Assembly: GCA_963696045.1 (NCBI GenBank)
Contig: CAVOIR010000009.1
Location: 15,427 to 79,426, forward strand
Origin: an uncultured Chloroflexia bacterium
GTDB lineage: Bacteria; Chloroflexota; Limnocylindria; Limnocylindrales; CSP1-4
DNA: 64,000 bases
Reading direction: 5' to 3'
The number at the start of each line of letters is the position of its first letter. Position 1 is the stretch's first letter. The position numbers were made by a program, and so were the translations under genes. The notes below the pieces were generated by a model. That model saw only the letters and a list, made by a program, of their open reading frames with translations, was not told the origin of the DNA and ran no database searches. Shown here in pieces: positions 1 to 14,104 of this stretch.

Positions 1-1381
1 GGCCCATCCAGGCCGGGTACTCGGTGCCGGCGGACCGCAGGGCCGCGGCCGTGAGGCTGGCACCGGACGCCCGGTAGTCCTGGGCGGCGGATGTCACCGT
101 GTAGGTCTCGTCGGCCGTCAGGGGCGAGCGGAAGACGATCTCGGCCAGCCCCTCGCGATCGCCCAGGCTGCGCACGCGGACATCCCGGTCGACGAGCAGC
201 GGCTCGGCGGGCGCGACGACCATGCCCTCGGCCAGGCCCCCGCGGCGCGGGCTCACCGCGAGCGCGATCTCGAGGGGCCCTGCTGCGCTGGCGTCGGGCG
301 GGACGTCGATGGGCTCCCCGGCCGCGACGTCCTCCTCGGTCGCGTCCGCGCGCGTCCAGGCCCGGCCGTCGAAATCGGCGTATGCCGACAGCCACCAGTA
401 GTTCCCCCGCAGGCCACCTTCGACCTCTGCGACGAACGCCACGCCGTCGCCGGGCTGCCACGTGTCGGCGACCTCGAGGCGGTCCGCCATCGCCGCACCC
501 GAGGCGGGCGGCAGCTCGACGGCCAGCAGGGTGAGCCACTTGGAGAGCTCTGCTCCGAGCCCGCCCAGCGGCGCCCAGGCCCGCCCGACATCCTGCGCCG
601 GCGCACGAGCCACCACCGTCAGGGACGTGGCAGCGACCACGGCGAGCGCCACGAAGACCGCGCCCGTGCGCGTGGACAGTCGCCGCGCCTCGCCGGGATC
701 CTCGATGCGTCGACGTGCCCACCCGCGAGCCTGGCCGGCGAGTTGCAGCTGGACGATGAGCAGCATCGCCAGGGCGCTGTAGACGGCGATGATGAGGAGC
801 ATCGAAAGCTGCTGTGGCGCCATGTCGCTCGCAGGCAGAGCGACGTTCATGAAGAGGAGCGATCCGGTCGCCACGACCGCGGGGCCCGCGCGCTCATATC
901 GGAAGACCGCGAAGGCTGCGAACTGCGCCGTCGTCCAGCACACGACGCCGAGCAACAGGAACGCCAGGCCGATGGGAGCCGTGCCTTCATCGACGAGGAA
1001 TCGGCGCAGCTCCTCCTCGATGGACGCGCTGAGATCGCGTGCCCGTTCGAGCAGGCCGTCAGGTCGGAAGCTCACGACCGGGCCGTCAGCCGCCATCAGT
1101 GCGCCTGCCATGGCGAGAAGCAGCAAGGCTCCTGACACGGCACCGACGGCGTGCGCCGTCACCAGGCCCATGCGGCTGCGGGCCAGGAGGAAGCCCACCA
1201 GACCGGCTGCCACAAGGATGAGGACAAGGCCGCCGCCGCCGGCCCCACCCTGCCCCGGAAGCGCACGCGAGTCAGCCAGGGAGAGGCCGGTCACGAGCAG
1301 CATCCCGAGGAGCACCGCGAGGCTGGACCAACCCGAGGTCGGGCGACCCAGCAGCCTGGACCAGGAGGCTCGCCGCGTCAT
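1..1381 (-). CDS. Transglutaminase-family polytopic membrane protein (TgpA/DUF3488-like), N-terminal part; 3' end lies beyond the window start
   Basis: Hand translation of the minus frame that stays open from 1381 to the window edge (edge ORF, not in track): [38 protein letters not shown]..., several hydrophobic helices, then soluble ...TWQPGDGVAFVAEVEGGLRGNYWWLSAYADFDGRAWTRAD..., an aromatic-x-x-D-G-R-x-W element like those preceding transglutaminase cores. ATGA start/stop overlap with the DUF58 gene. MoxR-DUF58-TGase is a standard operon order. The catalytic core is not in the window. Confidence 0.55.
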   Translation of the reverse strand, partial: MTRRASWSRLLGRPTSGWSSLAVLLGMLLVTGLSLADSRALPGQGGAGGGGLVLILVAAGLVGFLLARSRMGLVTAHAVGAVSGALLLLAMAGALMAADGPVVSFRPDGLLERARDLSASIEEELRRFLVDEGTAPIGLAFLLLGVVCWTTAQFAAFAVFRYERAGPAVVATGSLLFMNVALPASDMAPQQLSMLLIIAVYSALAMLLIVQLQLAGQARGWARRRIEDPGEARRLSTRTGAVFVALAVVAATSLTVVARAPAQDVGRAWAPLGGLGAELSKWLTLLAVELPPASGAAMADRLEVADTWQPGDGVAFVAEVEGGLRGNYWWLSAYADFDGRAWTRADATEEDVAAGEPIDVPPDASAAGPLEIALAVSPRRGGLAEGMVVAPAEPLLVDRDVRVRSLGDREGLAEIVFRSPLTADETYTVTSAAQDYRASGASLTAAALRSAGTEYPAWMG

Positions 1382-2656
1382 CACGCGCGGGGCCCCACGG
1401 TCGATCGTCGCCCGGAGACCAGCTGCTCGCCCAACGGATGGTCGGGTCGGATGATGAAGGCCTCGATGTCGTGCTCCGTGAGCGCGTGGACGAGCCCTCG
1501 CAGCTGACGCTCCACCAGGGGATCGTCCTCGGCAGTGGCCCGTCCCTCGACCGTTTCGGCGGTGCTCGCCCGGCGGTGCGCCAAGGGGTCCACGACACAG
1601 GCGATGGGGGTCGCGCCGCCGCTCCGCAGCGTGGCCAGCGGCCGGACCCAGCTGGTATCGAGCGACGGCGTGACGACGAGCGCGATGGTGCCCCGTCGCG
1701 GTCGGCTCAGACCTCGGACGAGCATCTCTGCCAGCGGCGTGGTGCCCTCGGCGTGCGCCACAGCCAGGAGTCCGAGGATCTTCTGCTGTTGCCGAGACCC
1801 CCGATCGGGGGGCAGGACGGTCCTCCGCATGCCGACCGCCTCCAGGCCGACGTTCCGGCCCCCGCGGAGGGCATCGCCCGCCACGGCCGCCACGACCCTC
1901 ACGGCTGTCTCGACCGTCGAGGTGCGTGCCGGCGCCCGTGTGCGCGGCACGCTCGAGGTCGAGGAACAGCCACAGGTCAGCGGCCGGCTCGACATCGAAC
2001 TCCTTGACCTGCAGCTCCTGGTGCCGGGCGCTCGAACGCCAGTGGATGCGATTGAAGGCATCCCCGGGCGTGTAGGGACGGACGCTTGTGACCAGCGGCG
2101 TGAGGTGCCGTCCGGCTTCGCCCCGCGCCGAGGTGCCCTCGATGCTCGCCGTCGGGAGGTTCCAGGCGGGCAGCGGGCTCACCACCGGGTGGACGATGAG
2201 CGACACCCCGGAGCCGACCGATGCCACCGACTCGAAGAGGCCCATGGGATCCCCGCATCGGATGACCATGGGGTCCACTCGGAACTGGCCGCGCTCGGCG
2301 AGCAGGACCCGGGCCGCCCAGGTCTTCGACGTCCTCGGGCCGAGCGAGACGACACGGCCGGGGATGGGCAGCGGTAGCGTCGAGGGCCGATGGACCTCGA
2401 GCCACGGCTTGGGCAGCCGTGACATGGAGCGCAGCGTGAAGGTGATCGTGAGCACGTCGCCGACCGATGCCTGCTGGCTGTCCGGCCAGGACCCAGCCTC
2501 CAGGGCGGTCAAGCCACGCCTGGCCACCAGATACGCCATCCCGACGGTGATGACCGCGAGGTACAGCAGGAAGTAAAGGTAGACCGCTCCGCTCACGAGC
2601 GCGATGACGACGACGGCGCCTCCGGCTGCCAGAAGGCCCAGCCTGCGCGCCAGCAT
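1381..2656 (-). CDS. DUF58 family protein (vWA-like, MoxR-associated), one frame change near 1915
   Basis: Hand translation from ATG 2656: [43 protein letters not shown] (2 TM) ...[45 protein letters not shown] (DUF58 signature). The C-terminal half is track ORF 1381..2061 (...[24 protein letters not shown]...). Lies directly downstream of MoxR. Confidence 0.75.
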
Positions 2657-2674
2657 CGCGCCGGAGCCGTGACC

Positions 2675-3680
2675 CTAGGACCGGTGGAGGACCGGCCCGG
2701 CTGGGCCTGGGTGCGGCGTCCCCAACGGCACGCTCGAGAGGAGTTCTCCGACGATGCCTCGACCGTCCAGGCCGCGGATCGAGGCGGCCGTCCTGAGGAT
2801 GATCCGGTGCGCGAGCGCCGGCTCCGCGAGCGCCTTGACATCGTCGGGGATCGACGTAATCCCGGCCGGAGAGCGCCGCCAGCGCCTGGCTGGCGCGATA
2901 GAGCGACAGGGAGCCGCGCGGAGATGCTCCGAGGTAGACATCCGGGTGAGACCGCGTGGCTCCCACGAGCCGGACGATGTAGTCGGAGATGGCGGGGTCG
3001 ACGTAGATCTCGCGCACGGCGTGCTGCATCGCCAGCACCTCGTCCGCGTCCGCGACGGGCGCCAGCCCATCCACCGGATGCGCACGCTTCTGCTCGTCGA
3101 GGATGAGCATCTCGTGGAGCGGCTCGGGATAGCCCATGCGCAGTCGAAGCATGAAACGGTCGAGCTGCGCCTCCGGGAGCGGGAACGTGCCCTCGTATTC
3201 GATGGGGTTCTGGGTGGCGATGACCATGAACGGCTGCGGAAGCGGCCGGGTCGTGCCATCGACGGACATGTGTCGCTCCTCCATGGCTTCGAGGAGCGCG
3301 GACTGGGTCTTGGGGGTCGCCCGGTTGATCTCATCGGCCAGGACTACCTGGCTCACGATGGGACCCGGGCGGAACTCGAACTCCTGGGTCTTCTGGTTGA
3401 AGATCGAAAGCCCGGTGACGTCGCTGGGCAGCAGGTCGGGCGTGAACTGGATGCGGTGGAATGTGCAGGCCAGGCTGCGCGCCAGCGCCCGGGCGAGCAT
3501 CGTCTTGCCGGTGCCCGGGACGTCCTCGATGAGCAGGTGGCCCTGGCACAGCAACGCCACGAGCGCCAGCCTGACCTCGAGGTGCTTGCCCACGATGACG
3601 CGCTCGACGTTGGCCGCGACGCGCTCGCCGGATTCCTGGATCTTCGTCAACTGCTCATCCCTCATGAGCGCTCTCGCCAT
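2675..3680 (-). CDS. moxR: MoxR-family AAA+ ATPase, frame change near 2850
   Basis: Inside track ORF 1977..4685: [69 protein letters not shown] (Walker A) ...[24 protein letters not shown] (Walker B region). The C-terminus continues in ORF 2675..3334 (...[27 protein letters not shown]...). The start could be 3665, 3680 or 3696. Confidence 0.85.
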
Positions 3681-3860
3681 CCCGGCGGCTGCCCATGGTA
3701 CCGCCCTCCCTTTCGAATCCAAGCACGGGGATGGGACTGTTCGGTGCTCTGGCGGCAGTACCCGAGTGCTGGTAGCCTGCGCGCTCGACGAGCCACTACT
3801 CTTGATGCGATCCACCCTCAACCACCCCTGCCTGCCCCGAGGGAGGTGCGCCGCCTCGCC

Positions 3861-6549
3861 ATGACCGATACCGTCCTCCAGTCCTTCTGCGAGCGGTGCG
3901 GCACGCGGTACACCGTCGAGGCGCCCCACGAGCATCCCGAGCCGCCTCCGCCACCGACGAAGGGTCTGGGCCGTTTCAAGCGCAAGGGCACCACCGCGCC
4001 GGCACAGCCCAGCGCGACTTCCTTCCCCGCCGGTGACGAGTTCCGGGGCACGTTCCACTTCTGCCTCGAGTGTCGTCGGTACAACTGCGCGAACTGCTGG
4101 AACGAGCAGGAAGGCTATTGCATCAGCTGCCGGCCGCCCGGCGCAGCCGCGGAGGCGCCTGTGGAGGCGCAGCTGGAGGCGCGCGCCAGCGTCGCGTCGA
4201 TCGAGAGCCTCCGCGCCGACCCAGGAACGCGGGCATGAGCCGGTGGCGTGGCCGTCGGACGACCTGGCGCGTGCTGCAGCTGTGGCCGCCGCCGCGGAAT
4301 CTGCGCAGAGTGCAGAGCGCGCGCAAGCCGTAGAGACCGCGCAGAGTGCACGAGCCGTAGAAGCTGAGACGTCCACCTCCGGCATCACTGACAGCAGCCC
4401 CGTTGCGGAGCCTGCCTCTTCGGAGCACATCACGTCGGGCCATGTCGAGCTCGATGAGTGGGGACGACCCCGGTCCGCACAGCCTCTGCGCCCGACCCCC
4501 ACGATCGAGTCACCCGTCGCGACTCCGTGGGGTCCGGCGAGCGACGCCGACCCATGGCGCGGTGTCGTCTTCTCGTCCGGGGCTCCGGTGGCGGAGCGAA
4601 GTCCGGAGGCGAGCTCACCCGCTCCGGTCGAGCCACCCACCGACTGGCCGTCCCAGGACGGTCCACCCGTCGTGGACGAGACCACGAAGTCGGAGCCGAC
4701 CAGTTGGCCAGAGTCCGATCGAAGGCTGGAGGAGCCCGCTGCCGAAGTCCTCCGTCACCTCGGTCGCCGACACCGAGCCTCGGGTCGATGTCGCCGGTTG
4801 GGCGCGCGCCAGCTCGTCGGTCATGGGTCGGGGCAGCCTCCTGCCGCCGCCCCAGGCGGAACCCTCGCCCGAGATCGTGTCCGGCGCTCCTTCTGATGAG
4901 ATCGACTTGACGTCGGAGATCGTCGTCGAGGCGGAGGAACTCGTCGAGCCGGAGGCGGTCGTCGAGCCCGAGCCGGTGGTCGAGCCCGAGCCGGTGGTCG
5001 AGCCCGAGGTGGTGGTCGAGCCGGAGGTCGGTGGTCGAGCCGGAGACGGCTGGTCGAGCCCGAGAGCGGTGGCTCGAGCCCGAGGCGGTCGCCGAGCCGG
5101 AGGTCTTCGCCGAGCCCGAGGCCTTCGCCGAGCCGGAGGCGGTCGTCGAGCCCGAGGCGGTCGTCGAGCCGGAGGTCGTCGCCGAGCCCGAGGTCGATCG
5201 TCGAGCCCGAGACGCGGTCGAGGTCTTCGCCGAGCCCGAGGCGCGAGGTCTTCGCCGAGCCCGAGCGGTCGAGGCTTCGCCGAGCCCGAGACGGCGGTCT
5301 TCGCCGAGCCCGAGCGGCGAGTCTTCGCCGAGCCGGAGGTCTCGCCGAGCCCGAGGCGGTCGCCGAGCCCGGAGGCGGTCGCCGAGCCCGAGGCTGGTCG
5401 CCGAGCCCGAGGTCGTCGTCGAGCCCGAGAACCGGCGAGTCGCTCGAGCCCGAGGCGGTCGCCGAGCCCGAGCGGTCGTCGAGCCGGAGGTCCGAGCTGA
5501 CCCGAGGCGACGGCGACGCTGATGCAGTCGGAGCCGGAGACCGACTTCCAGCCCGAGGCCACCATCGAGCCCGATGCCGCAATGGCGCTGGCTGTCGCTG
5601 GGCTCGCGATCGTCAGCGAGCCTGAAACATCCGCGGAGCCCGACGTCGTGGTCGAGCCAGAGGCCGGCTTCGAACCGGAAATGGTCGAGCACACGATCGT
5701 CGAAGAGACGGAGCCAGTCTCCGGGGCCGACGCGGTCGCTGAGCCTGACGCCGCCATCGAGGCAGAGGTCACCTTCGAGGCCGAGGCAGTCGTCGAACCC
5801 GAGATCGTCGTCGAGCCTGAGGCCGCCATCGAGCCGGAGAGCATCACGGAGCTTCCGGCTCACGACCCGAGGGGTCGGCGAGCCCGAGGTGGTCGGCGAG
5901 CCCGAGGTGGTCGAACGGCAGGGGCTGACGCCCATCTTCGCGCCCACGCCGCTGGCCCCGCTACCACCCGGCCCGCCACAGGGTGACGTGCCGCCTGTCT
6001 CCGCGCCCGCCACAGGGGTCGAGCCATCGCCGCCCACGCGGCCGCTCGCTCCGATCACCCCAAGGCCGGGGCTGGAAGTCTGGACCACGCCCAAGGAGCC
6101 AGGACCCTTCACTGCCCCATATCAGCCACCAGATGCCACGACCAGCCCGATCGTGGCATCGATGGCGCCGCCGCCTCAGTCAGGACCGACGGAACAGCCG
6201 GCCCTCGCGTCCGCGCCCATCCCCCGCAGAACCGCTGGGATATGTCGCGTCGGCGTCGGCGCCACCGCAGGTCCCGCCGCCTCCGCCGGCGATGCCACCG
6301 GCGCCAGCCATCTTCCCTCCGACCCTGCAAGTGGCGGCACCCCCGCCGGTGGCCGCTGTTCCTCCGGGCGCTGTTGCACCTCCGCCCTCGCCGATCGCAC
6401 CTCCGCCCCCGCCGACCGCACCGCCGACGCCCCCGCGGCCCGTCGCGTCACGCGCGGTGGCCGGCATAAGAGCGTGCCCGAACTGCGCGCTGCCGCTGTC
6501 CACGAAGGCCCGCTTCTGCCGCCGCTGCGGAGCACCACAGCCACCCTGA
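3861..6549 (+). CDS. Large zinc-ribbon / acidic EPE-repeat / Pro-rich / zinc-ribbon protein (single gene inferred, read across all three + frames)
   Basis: ATG 3861 (GGGAGG upstream): [20 protein letters not shown]...[26 protein letters not shown] (Cys-rich zinc ribbons, tail of ORF 2754..4238). Then an Ala/Glu-rich segment (ORF 4033..4896). Then tens of E-P-E-x-V-x hexapeptide repeats (ORFs 4403..5500, 5031..5522, 5522..5986). Then a Pro-rich segment (5574..6632). Ends in a C-terminal ribbon, [25 protein letters not shown] (ORF 5983..6549). Composition is continuous, but the joins are inferred. Confidence 0.5.
4915..5915. repeat. Imperfect 18-bp tandem repeat array (consensus about GTCGAGCCCGAGGCGGTC, coding E-P-E-x-V-x)
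   Basis: Direct reading: gtcgagccggaggcggtc gtcgagcccgagccggtg gtcgagcccgagccggtg gtcgagcccgaggtggtg ... Tightest periodicity is about 4930-5480, degenerate to about 5915. Many units are 17 or 19 nt, which causes the frame hopping of the host gene. Confidence 0.8.
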
Positions 6550-6579
6550 TCCGGGCGCGAGACCAAGGGAGAGCCGCGC

Positions 6580-7809
6580 TCAGAGCGACAGGTCCGACCT
6601 GCGGTCGCGATCCCGATTGCAGCCGAGCGTAGGCCGCGCCGTAGATGAGCGCCTGGAACACCAGGTTGAGCCACATGAGCGCGATGAAGACGCTGCCGAC
6701 GATACCCAGCGCGAGCCACTGCCGGACAAGCAGCGGGGCGACCCAGCCGAACAGCGACGTGAACGCGCCGATGACCACACCGACGATGAGGGCGGGCCAG
6801 AAGGCCTGTCGCAGCGTCGCCCCGTGGGAGGGCACGATCACGTAGACCGCCACGGCCGCCAGGAACGCCACTGCCATCGTCGCCACGACGGCGACCGCGG
6901 CCCCGACCGTGCCGAAGTCGATGCTGCAGACCTGCGCCACCAGGGGCAGCGGGAGATCGGCCGATGCGCGACAACCCGCGGTCAGCCACTCGCTCACGAT
7001 CGGCAGGACGAAGATGAGAACGACCGCCGCGAGCATGCTGCCGAGGATGAGGACCACCGTCAGCACGCCGCGCACACGCGTCGGCAGCAGCCCACGCGAG
7101 GTCGGCCCCGGGAACATCCGCTGCATGCGCGTCCTGGAGCGCACCGTAGAAGCCGCTGGCGCCCCAGAGCAGACCGAGCACGCCGATGATGGTGCCGGTC
7201 CGGCCGCTGCCCGCCAGACCGTCGATGACCGACCGTCGCCACGTCGCTGATCGGCTCGATCCGGTCGACGAGGCCGCCGATGAGCTCCGCACGCAGGTCA
7301 GCCCTCCTCGACGAGCACGCCGAGGAGGCTGACGAAGAGCAGCAGTGCCGGCACGATCGTGAAGAACGCGAAGTACGACAGCGCGCCGACAGCATCGCGC
7401 CCCCGCCCTGGTCGTAGGCACGCATGACGTGCCGGATGGCGAGCACCTGGGCCGCCGCATGAAGGAGCGTTGGAGGGCCTCCAGGCGGTGCACGCCAGCC
7501 GAGGATGGGCCGCGACTCGTCGAGTGATCCGCCGTCGTCCGGAGGCTCCGCGCCTCCGTCCGTCACTCCGCCGAGGTCCTCGAACAGCCCCGGCTGCAGC
7601 TGATCGGCACTGACACCGCGTCTGGTCGGTCGGAGCATGGCCCGCACCTGCGCTCGTCGCACGTAGATGTGGCGTCCGGGCTGGATGGCCTGGAGCTTGC
7701 CCGTGTGCGCCCAGCGTGCCAGCGTCGATCGGCTGATGGGGACGTTGGCCTCGGCGAAGATGCGGGCGGCCTCGGTGAGGCTGATCCAGTCCGAGACGAC
7801 GCGCGGCAT
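6580..7809 (-). CDS. YihY/BrkB-family membrane protein with an in-frame N-terminal excisionase/MerR-type HTH domain (several frame changes)
   Basis: ORF 7060..7809 starts MPRVVSDWISLTEAARIFAEANVPISRSTLARWAHTGKLQAIQPGRHIYVRRAQVRAML (HTH), followed by an acidic linker. The same frame then enters the YihY N-terminus, ...LLHAAAQVLAIRHVMRAYDQGGGAMLSA. The body continues as ALSYFAFFTIVPALLLFVSLLGVL (hand-read), VIDGLAGSGRTGTIIGVLGLLWGASGFYGALQDA (ORF 6180..7493) and LTVVLILGSMLAAVVLIFVLPIV...IALMWLNLVFQALIYGAAYARL (ORF 6176..7144). The 3' end is uncertain. Confidence 0.6.
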
Positions 7810-7821
7810 GGCTGGGCCTCC

Positions 7822-8186
7822 CTACTGGCCTTCGCGCTCGAGCCGGACTTCTTCCCGCTCGTCGCGGCCGTGGGATCCTTGGTGGTCGCCGTGTCCGAGC
7901 TGGTAGCCGGAGCGCCGGGTGCGCTTCCGCCTCAGCGCCCGCGCCACCGCCATCCGCGCCGCCAGTCGAAGTGCCCTCCCCGCCGGCCTTCGTGGCCGAT
8001 GCGGCCGCGGCTCGGGCGTCCTTCTTGGCCCAGCCGCTGCCCTTGAAGTGGATGGCCGGCGTCGACAGGGCCTTGCTTCATGGGACCACCGCAGGCCGAG
8101 CAGCGTCTCCGGGCCGGGCGCGCCGATGCCGTGGCTGACCTCGACCTCACGGCCGCAAGCGTGCAGCGGTAGTCGTAGGTCGGCAT
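7822..8186 (-). CDS. FmdB-family zinc-ribbon protein (frame changes)
   Basis: ORF 7932..8186 begins MPTYDYRC, the family signature. Hand-read after frame changes: ...CGREVEVSHGIGAPGPET..., a second CxxC (CSACGGP), ...IHFKGSGWAKKDARAAAA..., and a Ser/Thr/Gly-rich tail. TAG at 7822 lies just before the SD (GGGAGG) of the next gene. Confidence 0.7.
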
Positions 8187-8193
8187 GCCTGTG

Positions 8194-8958
8194 CTAGCCG
8201 CGCAGGAGGCGCATGCCGCACTTGGGACAGAAGAAGGCGCTGCGGCCGACCTGCGCGAAGTGGCAATGCGGACACACCAGGCCGCTGCCCGAATCCGGCG
8301 GCAGCGGCCGCTCGAGCTCGACGAGCTCCGCCGCTCCCCGGCTCGAGACGATGGCCACGAGCACGCCGCTCAGGAACCGGGTCGCCGTTCGCTCCGTGTC
8401 ACCGCGGACGCCGCGACCGCCCCAGCCCACGATGCCGCGCACGATCTGGTCGCCGGTGACCTCGTCCCAGTAGGACGCCACGGCGCCCGACGACGCCGGT
8501 GTAGTCGGGATAGCCGCCCGAATCGAGGTTGCCGTCGAGCAGGCACATGGCGATCGATTCGTAGGCCGGATCGACGGCATCGAGCGACTCGAGGACCATC
8601 AGGCCGTGCCGGGTCACCGGGGAGCGGTGGTGATGGGCGTTCAGCCACTGCGACGCCTCGATGGTGCGCATGATGGCCGGGTTCGCATCGGCGAACTGCG
8701 GGTCGAGCGGCTCGACGAGCTCGATCGGCGACTTGGCGAAGTCCTCGAGCATGCGTGGCAGTGCGGCCACCGATCCCTCGCCCGGCCGGAAGCGCACGCC
8801 CTTGCTGCTTCGCGCCCGATAGGTCGATCTTGAGCTCGTAGTCCTCGGCCGGCGGCTCCTCGGTGAGGATGCCCGGGTCGGGCAGACCCACGCGACGGCG
8901 GCTTGCCGCGTGGCGACTCGGGCTTGCGCTTCAGGAAGTCGAAGGTCACGGCCGTCAT
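8194..8958 (-). CDS. Hypothetical protein with C-terminal zinc ribbon (three frame changes)
   Basis: Joined from ORFs 8641..8958 (MTAVTFDFLKRKPESPR), 8370..8891 (GLPDPGILTEEPPAEDYELKIDLSGAK), 8399..8797 (RFRPGEGSVAALPRMLEDFAKSPIELVEPLDPQFADANPAIMRTIEASQWLNAHHHRSPVTRHGLMVLESLDAVDPAYESIAMCLLDGNLDSGGYPDYTG) and 8194..8580 (...YWDEVTGDQIVRGIVGWGG...LVCPHCHFAQVGRSAFFCPKCGMRLLRG*). I recognise no family. Confidence 0.5.
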
Positions 8959-9034
8959 CGTAGCGCGTCAGCTAGCGGCCCGACGCCCAGTACGCTTCCG
9001 CCCGGACGCGATCGACCTGCGCCGGACGGGCTCC

Positions 9035-11780
<2,746 letters not shown>

Positions 11781-12755
11781 GTCCGAGCCGTGGCCCCTCG
11801 CGATCGGGCTCCCCGGCCGGCGCCTCGCTCATGCCCGACCCTCCCCTGCTCCCGACATGCACGACCTCGTCCACCCGTGGGCGAACGAGGTCGCGAACGC
11901 CAGCTGACCCGGTCCGCGGCCCGGCCGCGCGACGGCCGTCGCGAGTCTAGCGCACGCTGCTATCGTCACCGCCTCCGGAGGTGCCGCCCATGTGCTTCGA
12001 CGACGACAGCCATCCACCCATCGACCCCATCGCGGGAGCGGCCATCGAGCACGAGGTCCTCGAGCTGCGCGCCGCCGATGGCAACCGCCTCGCGGCCTTC
12101 CACGCGCTGGCCGAGCGGCCGAGCGGCATCGGCATGCTCGTGCTGCCCGATGTCCGTGGCCTCTTCCCGTACTACGAGGAGCTGGCACTTCGCTTCGCCG
12201 AGCTCGGCGTGGACGCCCTGGCCATCGACTACTACGGTCGGACCGCCGGTCCCGGCACGCCGGGACGCCCGCTTCGACCCCGGACCGCACACCAAGCGCT
12301 GCACCTGGGCCGGTCTGCGGGCCGACGCGCTGGCTGGGGCCACGGCCATCCGCGCGGCCGGCGCGGGTCCGCTCGCTCTACTCGGTCGGCTTCTGCTTCG
12401 GTGGCCGCATCTCGTTCCTCCTGAGCAGCGTGCCGGAGCTCGAGATGGCGGGTGTCGTCGGCTTCTACGGCTGGCCGGTCGGCGATTTCGGGAGCGCCGG
12501 GCCGGCGCCGCTCGAGGTGGCCGCCCGGATGAGCGCGCCGGTGCTGGGGCTCTTCGGCGGTGCCGACCCGCGCATCGGCCGATGCTGACGTCGCGACCTT
12601 CGAGCAGGCGCTGGCCGCGGCGGGCGTCGAGCATCGCATCGTGACGTACGAGGGTGCCCCGCACTCCTTCTTCGACCGCAAGCAGGAGGAGTTCGGGGAG
12701 GCCTCGGCGAGCGCCTGGGCGGAGGTCCTCGCCTTCATCGGCCCTGCGAGGCCGG

Positions 12756-14060
<1,305 letters not shown>

Positions 14061-14104
14061 GGGTGGTGCTCTCCTTCTGCCTCGGGTGCGCTACCGCTGG
14101 GTCG

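Noticed and set aside
1977-4685. 902-aa minus-strand ORF, the longest in the left part of the window
   Set aside because: It is chimeric. Only the central portion (about 2850-3680) is the MoxR reading frame. The N-terminal third is antisense to the zinc-ribbon gene, and the C-terminal third is an out-of-frame read-through of the DUF58 gene (Arg/Pro/Gly-rich, no motifs).
4915-5915. Possible CRISPR array because of regular short repeats
   Set aside because: The units are contiguous (18 bp, no unique spacers), degenerate, lie inside a coding region, and have no cas genes nearby.
4430-6112. Long minus-strand ORFs (4430..6112, 4615..5847, 4821..5582) across the repeat region
   Set aside because: They are antisense translations of the 18-bp repeat (runs of GSTT, LGLD, RARR). 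Open frames are expected on both strands of a stop-free GC-rich repeat. The plus strand has the zinc-ribbon ends, a start codon and an SD.
7600-7809. Excisionase-type HTH as evidence for a prophage or integrative element
   Set aside because: There is no integrase, att-like repeat or phage gene nearby. The HTH is in frame with a YihY membrane protein within a housekeeping operon.
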